A DNA stretch of 64,000 nucleotides from an uncultured Ectothiorhodospiraceae bacterium (lineage in GTDB: Bacteria > Pseudomonadota > Gammaproteobacteria > CAMYNG01), in assembly GCA_947259765.1 (NCBI GenBank), contig CAMYNG010000014.1:4549-68548 (forward strand). Reading direction: 5' to 3'. Under the pieces are notes generated by a model, which saw only the letters and a program-made list of their open reading frames with translations, searched no databases and was not told where the DNA came from. The translations under genes and the position numbers were made by a program. Every line of letters begins with the position of its first letter. Positions within the stretch are counted from its first letter, which is position 1. Of the stretch, positions 9,285-18,412 are shown in pieces.

Positions 9285-11954
9285 ATGTCCGATCTGGGTC
9301 GTGATCAAACGACACCGACGCCCACCGTGACTCGGCTGGGCGATTACACACCACCGGCTTTTTTTGTCGATAGTGTCGAGCTCTACTTTGTGCTCGATGC
9401 GGCCTCGACCACGGTACGAAGTACGCTGAAAATTCGGCGAAATCCCGCCTTCAGCGGTCGACCCGCGCTGCAACTGAATGGTCAGGATCTTGAATTAAAA
9501 AGCTTGCAGCTCGATGGTGTAGCACTTAACGACGCTCACTATGCGCTGTCATCCCGGCAGCTATGCGTGTCCGACGTTCCGGATGCCTTCGAGTTACACG
9601 TCGAAACGATTATCCACCCCGAGGACAACACTGCCCTTGAAGGTCTGTACGCGTCGAGTGACATGTTGTGCACTCAGTGCGAGGCCGAGGGATTCCGCCG
9701 CATCACATTTTTTCCGGACAGGCCCGATGTTATGGCCCGTTTTAAAGTCACCTTGGAAGCGGATCGGACGCTGTATCCGGTATTGCTTTCCAACGGAAAT
9801 CGCGTGGCGGGTGGTAATCTGGAAAATAATCGCCACTGGGCTCGCTGGGACGATCCGTTTCCAAAGCCGAGTTACCTGTTTGCCCTGGTGGCTGGCAATC
9901 TTCTGTTCCAGGAGGATGCGTTTGTCACCATGAGCGGCCGGCGAGTGGTGTTGCGCTTGTATGTTGAAGCGGAAAACCGTGGCAAATGTGACCATGGTTT
10001 GAACAGCCTTAAGCAAGCGATGCGTTGGGACGAAGAAACCTACGGCCGCGAATACGATCTGGATCTTTTTAACATCGTTGCCGTCAATGATTTCAATATG
10101 GGCGCAATGGAAAACAAGGGCTTGAATATTTTTAATGCCGCCTGTGTGCTCGCCAGTCCCGAGACTGCGACCGACGCAGACTATGACAATATCCAAGGCA
10201 TTATCGGCCATGAGTATTTTCACAACTGGTCCGGCAACCGTGTTACCTGTCGTGACTGGTTTCAGCTTAGCCTGAAAGAAGGTTTCACGGTCTTTCGCGA
10301 TCAGGAATTCAGTGCGGATATGAATTCGCGCACGGTCAAACGCATCGACGATGTCGATATATTGCGGGCGCACCAGTTTGCTCAGGATGCCGGACCCATG
10401 GCCCATCCGGTGCGCCCCGATGAATACATAGAGATCAGCAACTTCTATACCGTAACCGTTTATAACAAGGGTGCCGAAGTCGTGCGTATGCTCGCCAACC
10501 TGCTCGGCCCGGAGGGTTTTCGCAAGGGCACGGATTTGTACTTTGGCCGCTACGACGGTCAGGCGGTTACCACTGACGATTTTGTAGCCGCGATGGAAGA
10601 GGCCAACGAAGCCGATTTTACTCAATTCCGGCGTTGGTATGCGCAAGCCGGTACGCCGCAACTGCATGTTGAGGACGACTATGACGCCGAGCGACGGGAA
10701 TACCGCCTGCGTGTACGTCAGTCTTGTCCGTCTACACCGGGACAATCGGACAAGCAAGCCTTTCATATTCCCTTGCAAGTTGGCTTGCTCGACGCCAACG
10801 GAGAGGATTGTGCGTTACGCTTGGCCGGTGAGACACAGCAGGATGCGCCACGCAATCGCGTGCTGGAGATCCGTGAAACACAACAAGAGTTTTGTTTTAC
10901 CGATATTTCTTCAGCGCCTGTACCGTCGTTGTTGCGCGGTTTTTCGGCGCCGGTGAAAGTGGTACGTGACTGGCCGGAAGAGGAATTGGCGTTTCTGTTT
11001 ATGCACGACAGTGATGAATTTAATCGGTGGGATGCCGGTCAGCAACTTATGCTGCGTTGCCTTGGAATTTTAATTGCCGCTATCCAGGCAGGTGAGACGT
11101 TATCTGTGTCGCCGCTGCTGCTCGATGCGTTTCGCCACACGTTGCGGGATGTTCGATTGGACAAAGCCTTGATGGCCCAGGCCATCAGCGTCCCCAGTGA
11201 GAGTTATATTGCCGATCAGTATGAACGGGTGGATGTTGATGCCATTCATGCTGCGCGTGAATATTTGCTGCAAGAGTTGTCGCGCGAGTTGCAGACGGAA
11301 TTTGAGAAAATCTACCGGGACAATATTACGCCTGGGGCATACCAATTTAACGCCAGCGACGCAGGTAAACGTGCATTAAAGAATCGCTGCCTGACTTTCT
11401 TGTTGCACGATAAATACGAACCTGCAATTGACGTGGCGCTGCGTCAGCTTGACGATGCCGGCAATATGACGGATCGCATTGGCGCTTTAACACCGCTGGT
11501 TGACCATGATGTACCCGATGTGAGCGCGGCGTTGGCGCGCTTCTATTCTGACTGGAAGCACGACGCACAGGTTGTTGACAAGTGGTTTTCCCTGCAGGCA
11601 ATGTCACAACGCACGGATACTCTGGAGAGAGTGCTCGAACTGAGTAGTCACCCGGCATTCTCGTTGCGTAATCCGAACAAAGTGCGTGCGCTCATCGGCC
11701 GGTTCTGTCTTGCCAACCCGGTACGATTCCATGCCGGCAATGGTACGGGATACCGATTATTACGCGACTTTGTTTTGCAAATTGACGCGCTCAATCCACA
11801 GCTGGCGGCCCGACTCGTGCAGGCAATGATTCGCTGGCGGCGTTACGACGACGCCAGACAGTCCTTGATGCGCGGCGAATTGCAAACGATCCTGGAACAC
11901 AGCTCGTTGTCGCCCGACGTGTTTGAAATCGTGAGCAAGAGCCTTAGCGGCTGA
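9285..11954 (+). CDS. pepN: Aminopeptidase N (M1 family zinc metallopeptidase)
   Basis: 889 aa with the HEYFHNWSGNRVTCRDWFQLSLKEGF zinc-binding HExxH...E motif and a GAMEN-like GAMENKG motif. Confidence 0.95.
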   Translation: MSDLGRDQTTPTPTVTRLGDYTPPAFFVDSVELYFVLDAASTTVRSTLKIRRNPAFSGRPALQLNGQDLELKSLQLDGVALNDAHYALSSRQLCVSDVPDAFELHVETIIHPEDNTALEGLYASSDMLCTQCEAEGFRRITFFPDRPDVMARFKVTLEADRTLYPVLLSNGNRVAGGNLENNRHWARWDDPFPKPSYLFALVAGNLLFQEDAFVTMSGRRVVLRLYVEAENRGKCDHGLNSLKQAMRWDEETYGREYDLDLFNIVAVNDFNMGAMENKGLNIFNAACVLASPETATDADYDNIQGIIGHEYFHNWSGNRVTCRDWFQLSLKEGFTVFRDQEFSADMNSRTVKRIDDVDILRAHQFAQDAGPMAHPVRPDEYIEISNFYTVTVYNKGAEVVRMLANLLGPEGFRKGTDLYFGRYDGQAVTTDDFVAAMEEANEADFTQFRRWYAQAGTPQLHVEDDYDAERREYRLRVRQSCPSTPGQSDKQAFHIPLQVGLLDANGEDCALRLAGETQQDAPRNRVLEIRETQQEFCFTDISSAPVPSLLRGFSAPVKVVRDWPEEELAFLFMHDSDEFNRWDAGQQLMLRCLGILIAAIQAGETLSVSPLLLDAFRHTLRDVRLDKALMAQAISVPSESYIADQYERVDVDAIHAAREYLLQELSRELQTEFEKIYRDNITPGAYQFNASDAGKRALKNRCLTFLLHDKYEPAIDVALRQLDDAGNMTDRIGALTPLVDHDVPDVSAALARFYSDWKHDAQVVDKWFSLQAMSQRTDTLERVLELSSHPAFSLRNPNKVRALIGRFCLANPVRFHAGNGTGYRLLRDFVLQIDALNPQLAARLVQAMIRWRRYDDARQSLMRGELQTILEHSSLSPDVFEIVSKSLSG

Positions 11955-13191
11955 GCGTTAAGTCTTCCTGTTGTTCGACCAGGTTGCGCCCACCTTGCTT
12001 GGCGCGAAACAGGGCACGGTTGGCAGCCTTGAGTACGTCCACCGAATCTGCATGGCGGCTCAGTTTTTCCGCGACCCCCACGCTGATAGTAACGGCGACA
12101 CGTCGCAATCGTGTGGTTTGGCGAGGATTGATTGGCCGCTTACTCGGCCGAACCAGTGAGCGAAGAAAAAAGGCCCTCTCGGCAACACGCTGGCGGAGGA
12201 TCTCCATCATTACCTTGGTTTCGTCACCGTCCTTGCCGGCAAATACCAGTGCAAATTCCTCCCCGCCAAAGCGGAATCCGCGCGCCGAGGTGATGCGACG
12301 AATTTCCGCTGACACCATGCGTAATACCTGATCGCCCACTTCGTAGCCAAAACTGTCATTGATTTTTTTGAAGTGATCAACATCGACAATGGCGAGCGCG
12401 TAACGGCGATTAAGTTGTGCGAGATGTTGGCGTAATGCGCGGCGGGTAGGCAGGCCGGTAAGTTCATCCAAATAGGCGCGGCTGTAGGAGTTGAGCACAA
12501 TACCTGCGATCAGGCCGATTTCCGCCAAAACAATCCAGCTACCCGTTACGTCGGGAAAGCGGTGGTAATGCAGGCCGATCATCATGGCGATGGCAGCGAA
12601 AAGCAGGCCGTTCTGTAGGCAGGAGGGCTGGCGAATACTGCGAAACAGCAACCAAAATCCGGTTACGGCGGCAAACCAAATCGCGATTTGTGGTAATTGG
12701 ATTGCGGTGATCCAGGAAGCATGCGTCAACTGTGCTTGTAACGTAAAGTAGAGCGATTGGGGCACAATTTGCATCAAGAGCAGCACCGTGCTCGCCTGGA
12801 CGACAATAATGAGCAGGCGTAACACCCCGTGACTGGAAAAGATCCCGCGCTCGCGAAGCACATCGGCAATAAAGAAATTTAGTGGCAACAACAACGCTAT
12901 AAGCCCGACCGAGAGTGTCTTCTGCATGGCATTGGCGTCCGGCGACCAGACATAAAGGCGCAGAACGGCGTACGCGCCAAGTATCAACAAAAATACACTA
13001 AATTCGCGACTCCGGTTAAAAACGACGCTCAGCCCCAGACCGCACAGCGCAAGCAGATAGATTAGCAGGCCAGGTCCAGTTGAGAGGGCGGCCGCATCAG
13101 CGGGATCGGGATGGCTCAGTGCCAGGCCGAGTAAAAACAACAAGCCGAAAACGATCAGTGAGCTGACCGATTTGTGCAGATTCAAAATCAT
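11944..13191 (-). CDS. Membrane-anchored diguanylate cyclase (multi-TM sensor domain + GGDEF)
   Basis: About 8 predicted TM helices in the N-terminal half. The C-terminal GGDEF domain carries the active-site motif GGEEF (RFGGEEFALVF). No RxxD I-site lies immediately upstream of the active site. Confidence 0.85.
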   Translation of the reverse strand: MILNLHKSVSSLIVFGLLFLLGLALSHPDPADAAALSTGPGLLIYLLALCGLGLSVVFNRSREFSVFLLILGAYAVLRLYVWSPDANAMQKTLSVGLIALLLPLNFFIADVLRERGIFSSHGVLRLLIIVVQASTVLLLMQIVPQSLYFTLQAQLTHASWITAIQLPQIAIWFAAVTGFWLLFRSIRQPSCLQNGLLFAAIAMMIGLHYHRFPDVTGSWIVLAEIGLIAGIVLNSYSRAYLDELTGLPTRRALRQHLAQLNRRYALAIVDVDHFKKINDSFGYEVGDQVLRMVSAEIRRITSARGFRFGGEEFALVFAGKDGDETKVMMEILRQRVAERAFFLRSLVRPSKRPINPRQTTRLRRVAVTISVGVAEKLSRHADSVDVLKAANRALFRAKQGGRNLVEQQEDLTLSR

Positions 13192-13442
13192 CGCGTTATC
13201 GGAGGGTTTGGAATCTCGTCTCAGCCTACGGTAGTCGTAGCCGGTGTATCAAAAATAACCATATTTAAATTATTGTTATTAATTGGGCGTTGTATGCCGC
13301 CCGCTATCACTTTACCTGCAGCTGAGGCTGCTGGCCAGTCGTAGAGCTGGCCCCAGGTTTCCACCGTAACTATTTATTTTACAGGGGAAAAGTGGTAGAA
13401 ATGACTCCTTGCGTTTTAACACCTCGCCGGCGGGGGGGAAGA

Positions 13443-14129
13443 ATGAATAACAAAAAAATCGTCGACAAGATTTACAAATGTTTACGACTGGCGGAATCTT
13501 GCAATCCTAACGAAGCGGCTGCCGCCATGCGTCAGGCTCGCGGGCTGATGAAGAAGTATGGCGTAAGCCAGGAGCAGGTTGATACCGCGCCGGTAACGGA
13601 GTGCACCGCATCGGCCGGAGAAAGCTACACACCGCCTTTTTGGCTGGTGGCGCTGTCGGATATCGTCGCCTGTGCTTTTTCCTGTCGCGCGTTTGTGGCG
13701 CGCAGTTTCGGCCGTAGAAGTGAGTTTCGCTTCATAGGTGAGGGCGCTGGCCCTGAAATTGCCAGCTACACATTCACCGTATTGCACCGGCGCCTGCAGG
13801 ACGCGCGTGAAGTATTTATGCAACGTTTTCAATCAGGGGATGAAACGCAACGAATTCGGCAGGGTGATGTATTCGCACAAGCCTGGTTATACCGTGTGGC
13901 GCGCTATGTTTCTGTATTTGCCGGTCACGAGGAAACCAGTGTTGCCGTTGATACCTACATAGAAGAACATTACGGTAGGATATTGGATTTTGATCGGAGT
14001 CCGGCGGAAATCGCGAAAGATGACATGGAGGCCATTAATACGGGTTTGCGTGAAGGTCAACGGGTTAGCCTGTATAAACCGGTTCATCTTGCCGAGACTC
14101 TTGGCGCGCTCGCGATGGAGCCGGCTTGA
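13443..14129 (+). CDS. DUF2786-domain protein (family usually seen in phage or plasmid contexts)
   Basis: N-terminus KIVDKIYKCLRLAESCNPNEAAAAMRQARGLMKKYGV matches the DUF2786 signature (KIxKLLALAxSxNENEAxxAxxKAQxLMxKY). The start at 13443 is preceded by GGGGGGAAG. The ORF track gives a longer version from 13392. Confidence 0.6.
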   Translation: MNNKKIVDKIYKCLRLAESCNPNEAAAAMRQARGLMKKYGVSQEQVDTAPVTECTASAGESYTPPFWLVALSDIVACAFSCRAFVARSFGRRSEFRFIGEGAGPEIASYTFTVLHRRLQDAREVFMQRFQSGDETQRIRQGDVFAQAWLYRVARYVSVFAGHEETSVAVDTYIEEHYGRILDFDRSPAEIAKDDMEAINTGLREGQRVSLYKPVHLAETLGALAMEPA

Positions 14130-14262
14130 TTTCCCAGCTGGAATGACCTACGTATTCAAGAGTTCGCGGCAATTGTTTTTTGGGTTCACAGTGTTCGCTA
14201 AACCCGGATTAATTTAAGTATGGCCTACCGGTGTCCCGTCGAGCGGGTAGTTTGCGCCAAAG

Positions 14263-15234
14263 TTGGCCAACCTTTCAGTAGTAATCATGTCGGCATACCT
14301 CAAGTATAAAAACGGTGAAGCAATCGATCAGATACCGTGCAAGACGGTGTTAACGATCGGCCGTGACAAAAACAGCGACATTGTACTCAATGACCTGCGT
14401 GTTTCCCGTAATCACGCCATGGTCAGGCAAATCGGCCGCAGCGACTACTACTTAATCGACAGCGGCAGCGCCAATGGCAGCTATGTGAACAAACGCAGGG
14501 TGGCCATGCCTACGCTGTTGAAAAATGGTGATCGCGTCACCATTGGGAACGTGGCATTCGTTTTCGACCAGGTGAGCAAAGAGGAGGACAAGTCGGATAC
14601 GGTTTCCATGCTTGAAACGATTGTTGTAGATGGCTCCACTATCAAGCAAAACACAATTCTTGTTGCGGACATTCGCGGCTTTACTTCCCTGTCGGAAGAA
14701 GTCCATATTAAAACGCTGACCAAGTTAATGAATAGCTGGTTTCAGCAAGTCGCTGATTCTATTGTGGTGAACGGTGGAGAGGTCGACAAGTTTATCGGTG
14801 ATTGTGTATTTGCCCGTTGGGATACCGCCGAGGATCAGGAACAGACCGTTTGCCAGGCCTTAAAAGCCGCACAACAAATTAACGAGATTAGCGGTAAGCT
14901 CGGTAGTACCTTTCAGGATATAAAGCGTGAAATGAAGGTTGGCGTAGGGATCAATACCGGTTCCGCATCGGTAGGAATCGGGCAGGAAAACACGGCGCTG
15001 GGTGATGCGGTTAACGTTGCTTTTCGACTGGAGAGCGCCAGTAAGACTATCGGCAACGACGTCATACTGAGCGAATCAGTATATCGGTTTGTGCCGGAAA
15101 AATTCTGGCAAGGTAATGAGCAGGCCATTTCCGTTAAGGGCAAACAGCTTCCCGTACGCGTCGTGGGACTGGATTTTCCGCAACTAAAAAAAATCGTTAC
15201 GGTTCTTGAAAAATCACAGAAACGTAAAAATTAA
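14263..15234 (+). CDS. FHA-domain protein fused to a class III adenylate/guanylate cyclase catalytic domain
   Basis: FHA motifs are present (TIGRDKNSDIVL, SRNHA, YYLIDSGSANGSYVN). Cyclase motifs follow (VADIRGFTSLSEE, KFIGDCVFARW, GVGINTGSASVGIGQENTALGDAVNVAFRLES). An alternative start lies at 14287. Confidence 0.85.
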   Translation: MANLSVVIMSAYLKYKNGEAIDQIPCKTVLTIGRDKNSDIVLNDLRVSRNHAMVRQIGRSDYYLIDSGSANGSYVNKRRVAMPTLLKNGDRVTIGNVAFVFDQVSKEEDKSDTVSMLETIVVDGSTIKQNTILVADIRGFTSLSEEVHIKTLTKLMNSWFQQVADSIVVNGGEVDKFIGDCVFARWDTAEDQEQTVCQALKAAQQINEISGKLGSTFQDIKREMKVGVGINTGSASVGIGQENTALGDAVNVAFRLESASKTIGNDVILSESVYRFVPEKFWQGNEQAISVKGKQLPVRVVGLDFPQLKKIVTVLEKSQKRKN

Positions 15235-15389
15235 CTTCTGAATTATATAAAACCGAAACCTAGGGGTCACAGAGAAAATTTGTAACGATCAAGCTCTCAG
15301 AGTCCCCTGTGCTTGGTTTGATTTGGTTCGGCCCAAGTTTTTTTAACACCCGAAACTTCTATTCCCTGCCGAGGCCTGCCTGAGAGACA

Positions 15390-15839
15390 TCACACTTTGT
15401 CTTCCGCGCCTTTGTCATGACGCAGGAAAATGCGTATCTCTTCCAAAGCGTTTTCCATTTCGAGTTTTATATCGTTGATGATGCGCGCAGCGGGCCCGGC
15501 AAACTGCCAGTCTTTATGTTCTGGATCGTTACTTTGCAGGGCGGCCTGGCCCCGATGTAGAATTTCGGCGTCCTCGTCGGGGATGAACTGAGCCAGTAAC
15601 ACGTAGGCTTCTGCGAGGCTTTGCGCTACCGAAGACTGCTCCTTGCCTAATTCCCATATCAATAGTTGCAATGCGTTCTTGATTTTGTCCTTGCTATACG
15701 GCAACTGTGATTCAGGCATGCCTACGCTGGCGTCGGCTTTGTCTGCAAGTGCGTGACCCAGATCGCTGACGATGACTTGGGCCGCGCGTATTTGCGCTTG
15801 CGGATTATTCTGGTCGGATTGGGGTAATCTTGATTTCAT
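15390..15839 (-). CDS. Hypothetical protein (149 aa, predicted alpha-helical)
   Basis: ORF with no recognisable motif. It is convergent with the FHA-cyclase gene. Confidence 0.4.
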   Translation of the reverse strand: MKSRLPQSDQNNPQAQIRAAQVIVSDLGHALADKADASVGMPESQLPYSKDKIKNALQLLIWELGKEQSSVAQSLAEAYVLLAQFIPDEDAEILHRGQAALQSNDPEHKDWQFAGPAARIINDIKLEMENALEEIRIFLRHDKGAEDKV

Positions 15840-15948
15840 TGCTTCAGCATGGCTAAGCGATACACTCGGCGCATCGACGGTCTGCGGATCTTATTCCAGT
15901 GGATAGTAGCCGATGACCCGGTTAGCCTCGTGTTCCAGCCGCGCCAAA

Positions 15949-16464
15949 CTATTTTGCGGAGGAAATGTAACGCGACAGATCGGGCAGCCGGTGTCCCTTA
16001 TATTTGATCTGTCCATCCGGGGCAACCAGGACAATTGTCGGGGTCGCTGCCAAACTGTATTTTTCAATTACGTTTTCCTTTTGCTCGTCGTCATTCAGGA
16101 CGAGGTAGGGAAGTTTGTTATCACTGACAAACTCCTTTACCTCAGTGCGATTTTCATAACCGATGTTAACCGCAACGAGTGTAAGACCTTTCTTGCGATA
16201 TTGTTCATGAATGTTTTTAAATTGCGGGATCATCGCATAGCAGTAGTGGCAGCGAGTGGACCAGAACAATAACAACACGTAGCCTTTTTTCCGCAACTGC
16301 TCCAGGCTGTGGGATTTACCTCGTAAATCAGACAGTGAAAAAACCGGAGCAGTGTGACCTGCGCCGACGCCGACCTGCTCGTTGGTCGCCGCCAAGGGCA
16401 GGGCCGTGTGCAGTAGAAATATCAACGCAATTACTGATTTTGAGTACATGGATTTGACAAGCAT
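15949..16464 (-). CDS. TlpA/redoxin-family thiol:disulfide oxidoreductase (periplasmic thioredoxin-like)
   Basis: CxxC motif in the thioredoxin-fold context LLLFWSTRCHYCYAMIPQF. The signal-peptide-like N-terminus is MLVKSMYSKSVIALIFLLHTALPLAA. The ORF track extends to 16530. Confidence 0.8.
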   Translation of the reverse strand: MLVKSMYSKSVIALIFLLHTALPLAATNEQVGVGAGHTAPVFSLSDLRGKSHSLEQLRKKGYVLLLFWSTRCHYCYAMIPQFKNIHEQYRKKGLTLVAVNIGYENRTEVKEFVSDNKLPYLVLNDDEQKENVIEKYSLAATPTIVLVAPDGQIKYKGHRLPDLSRYISSAK

Positions 16465-16638
16465 AGTGAATTTTCCGCAGATTTGCCTGTGACATGATAC
16501 ACAAGACCGAACATCGATTGTATTCAACAATCAGGATTACAGCGTATATTCACGGCTGACCGAATCACCTGCCGGTTTGCGACGTGGACAGGCGGAATTC
16601 GTTAGCGAACTGTTTTAAAATTCGCGCTACGGGAATAA

Positions 16639-17370
16639 ATGTACCGGAAGGATTCTGGAGGTTTGGGTACAGTGGACACCGCAGTAATGGCATTGGCCAC
16701 GTTTGGGGGGCCCATTTTGTTACTTTTAGTGGGCGCGGGCCTGGGATTCGCTGCTTACCGGGTGTGGCGTGATTACGGACAATATTGGCGACCCATGCGA
16801 CGGTTGACCCGCAATTGGTTGCACGAGATACAGTTGCCTGGTGGGCCGGACGGCGATACGTTCGTAGAACACGTGGCGTTGCTACCTGGCGGCCTACTGG
16901 TTCTGCACATAATGGATTTTAACGGTGCCATTTTTGGCGCGCGCAATACGGATTTCTGGACCCAAGTGCTGGACCGTCGTAGTTATCGATTTCCGAATCC
17001 CTCTGAGAAACTTAAGGCCACAACCGGAGCCGTGCGCGCGGCCGTTGGTGATGAACAGGTCGTCGGTCACATTGTTTTTTCCGATAGTTGCTCCTTTCCC
17101 AAAGGCATTCCGGAAGGCGTTTCCACGGCGCGTGAGTTGACAACCGTACTTGAGGACCTGGCCCTTGGAACGGTTTCCGAATCGCGCCGTGAAGCCTGGG
17201 ACGGGCTCAAGAACCAGGTGAGCGGGCCGCAGTCAGGGAAAACTTCGAGCTCGTATTTGGGTAACTGGAACCGGTTCGTATTTCGTGCGATTCTGGCACT
17301 TGGGCTGGTTCTAAGCTCTATTCTTTGGTCCGGGTGGGTGATTTGGCAGACTAACTTCAACGACATTTGA
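16639..17370 (+). CDS. Membrane-anchored NERD (nuclease-related domain) protein
   Basis: N-terminal TM helix followed by the NERD-like core FVEHVALLPGGLLVLHIMDFNGAIFG. A second C-terminal TM segment is present. Confidence 0.55.
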   Translation: MYRKDSGGLGTVDTAVMALATFGGPILLLLVGAGLGFAAYRVWRDYGQYWRPMRRLTRNWLHEIQLPGGPDGDTFVEHVALLPGGLLVLHIMDFNGAIFGARNTDFWTQVLDRRSYRFPNPSEKLKATTGAVRAAVGDEQVVGHIVFSDSCSFPKGIPEGVSTARELTTVLEDLALGTVSESRREAWDGLKNQVSGPQSGKTSSSYLGNWNRFVFRAILALGLVLSSILWSGWVIWQTNFNDI

Positions 17371-17394
17371 GACTTTTAGTGGACAGGTGTATTA

Positions 17395-17844
17395 ATGCTG
17401 GCAGTATTAAAAAAGGTATTTTCTGTAGACGATTCGACGTCACCGGACCCGGAGCGCGATGATGTTCGGTTGTCCGCTGCATTGTTATTGCTTGAGGCCA
17501 TGCACGCCGATCACAGCGTGAGCGCTGACGAACAGATCGCGGTGGACAAGGGTTTACAGGCTTTGTTCGAGATTTCTGAGATTGAGGCGCGAGAGTTGCG
17601 TGAGTCCGCGGAACGGCGATTTGAGGAAGTGACCTCAATGCATGAGTTTGTTGCGGCAGTCAACACCCATTTCAGCGAAACACAAAAAGAACAGGTTGTC
17701 GAAATCATGTGGCGTATCGCACACAGTGACTGCGTGCTGGATAAGTATGAAGATAACATTATTCGCCGGGTCGCCGAATTACTTCATCTGAGTCATGCGC
17801 GCTTTATTCAAGCAAAACATCGGGCGACCGAAAACAACTCATGA
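17395..17844 (+). CDS. TerB-family (tellurite-resistance TerB-like) protein
   Basis: 149 aa. The acidic helical pattern with internal repeat (DEQIAVDKGLQALFEI ... EQVVEIMWRIAHSDCVLDKYEDNIIRRVAELLHLS) is typical of TerB-fold proteins. Confidence 0.6.
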   Translation: MLAVLKKVFSVDDSTSPDPERDDVRLSAALLLLEAMHADHSVSADEQIAVDKGLQALFEISEIEARELRESAERRFEEVTSMHEFVAAVNTHFSETQKEQVVEIMWRIAHSDCVLDKYEDNIIRRVAELLHLSHARFIQAKHRATENNS

Positions 17845-17864
17845 GCGCTTGAAAAAGGATCTGT

Positions 17865-18377
17865 TTGCCGGTGTCCGAGGTTTACAGGGAAGGAAAGTAC
17901 GAACAATTGATGATGTCAAACGGTATCAAGCTGCTTGTCATTGCGATTGCTGCATTTTTTGCAGCAAGTGCGCTGGCTGCGCCGCCGGTTGCTGCGCCAA
18001 CCAAGGGCTATGTTGCGCGCTCACAATTTACTACGGAAATTGTTGACCGCGAGCCCATCAATCGAGTGCTTGTGTTGGCAAATGATGTTCGTGAGGTTTT
18101 CTTTTTTACCGACTTGCGTGGCCTGGATGGGCAGACTGTTACCCACCGCTGGGAGCACAATGGTAAAGTGGTTTCTACAGTCGAGTTCAAGGTCAAGGGT
18201 CCGCGCTGGCGAGTATTTTCACGCAAGGACCTGGACCCGTTTGCTTTGGGAAAGTGGACCGTTGTTGTGACGGACGCAAACGGCTGGCCCATTAAAGCCG
18301 TTATATTTAAGTACGTGGATCCTGCACAAAGCAGCGACATGCAAGAAATCATACTGCCGCCGGAGGGTGAAAACTAA
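17865..18377 (+). CDS. Secreted DUF2914-like protein
   Basis: A signal peptide follows the alternative start at 17913 (MMSNGIKLLVIAIAAFFAASALA). The C-terminal segment FFFTDLRGLDGQTVTHRWEHNGKV...WRVFSRKDLDPFALGKWTVVVTDANG resembles DUF2914. Confidence 0.5.
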   Translation: MPVSEVYREGKYEQLMMSNGIKLLVIAIAAFFAASALAAPPVAAPTKGYVARSQFTTEIVDREPINRVLVLANDVREVFFFTDLRGLDGQTVTHRWEHNGKVVSTVEFKVKGPRWRVFSRKDLDPFALGKWTVVVTDANGWPIKAVIFKYVDPAQSSDMQEIILPPEGEN

Positions 18378-18412
18378 ACGTTGAGTTAGCCCAGGGTTAA
18401 AAGCGAATGGGC

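Noticed and set aside
9594-10778. 394-aa ORF antisense to pepN
   Set aside because: It lies fully inside the strongly conserved pepN coding region on the opposite strand and has no recognisable motifs. It is a typical GC-rich antisense artefact.
14263-15839. Canonical two-gene Pycsar system (cyclase + adjacent cNMP-binding effector)
   Set aside because: The gene adjacent to the cyclase has no cNMP-binding, TM-effector or TIR features and is convergent. A Pycsar-like role is kept only as a low-probability alternative in the findings.
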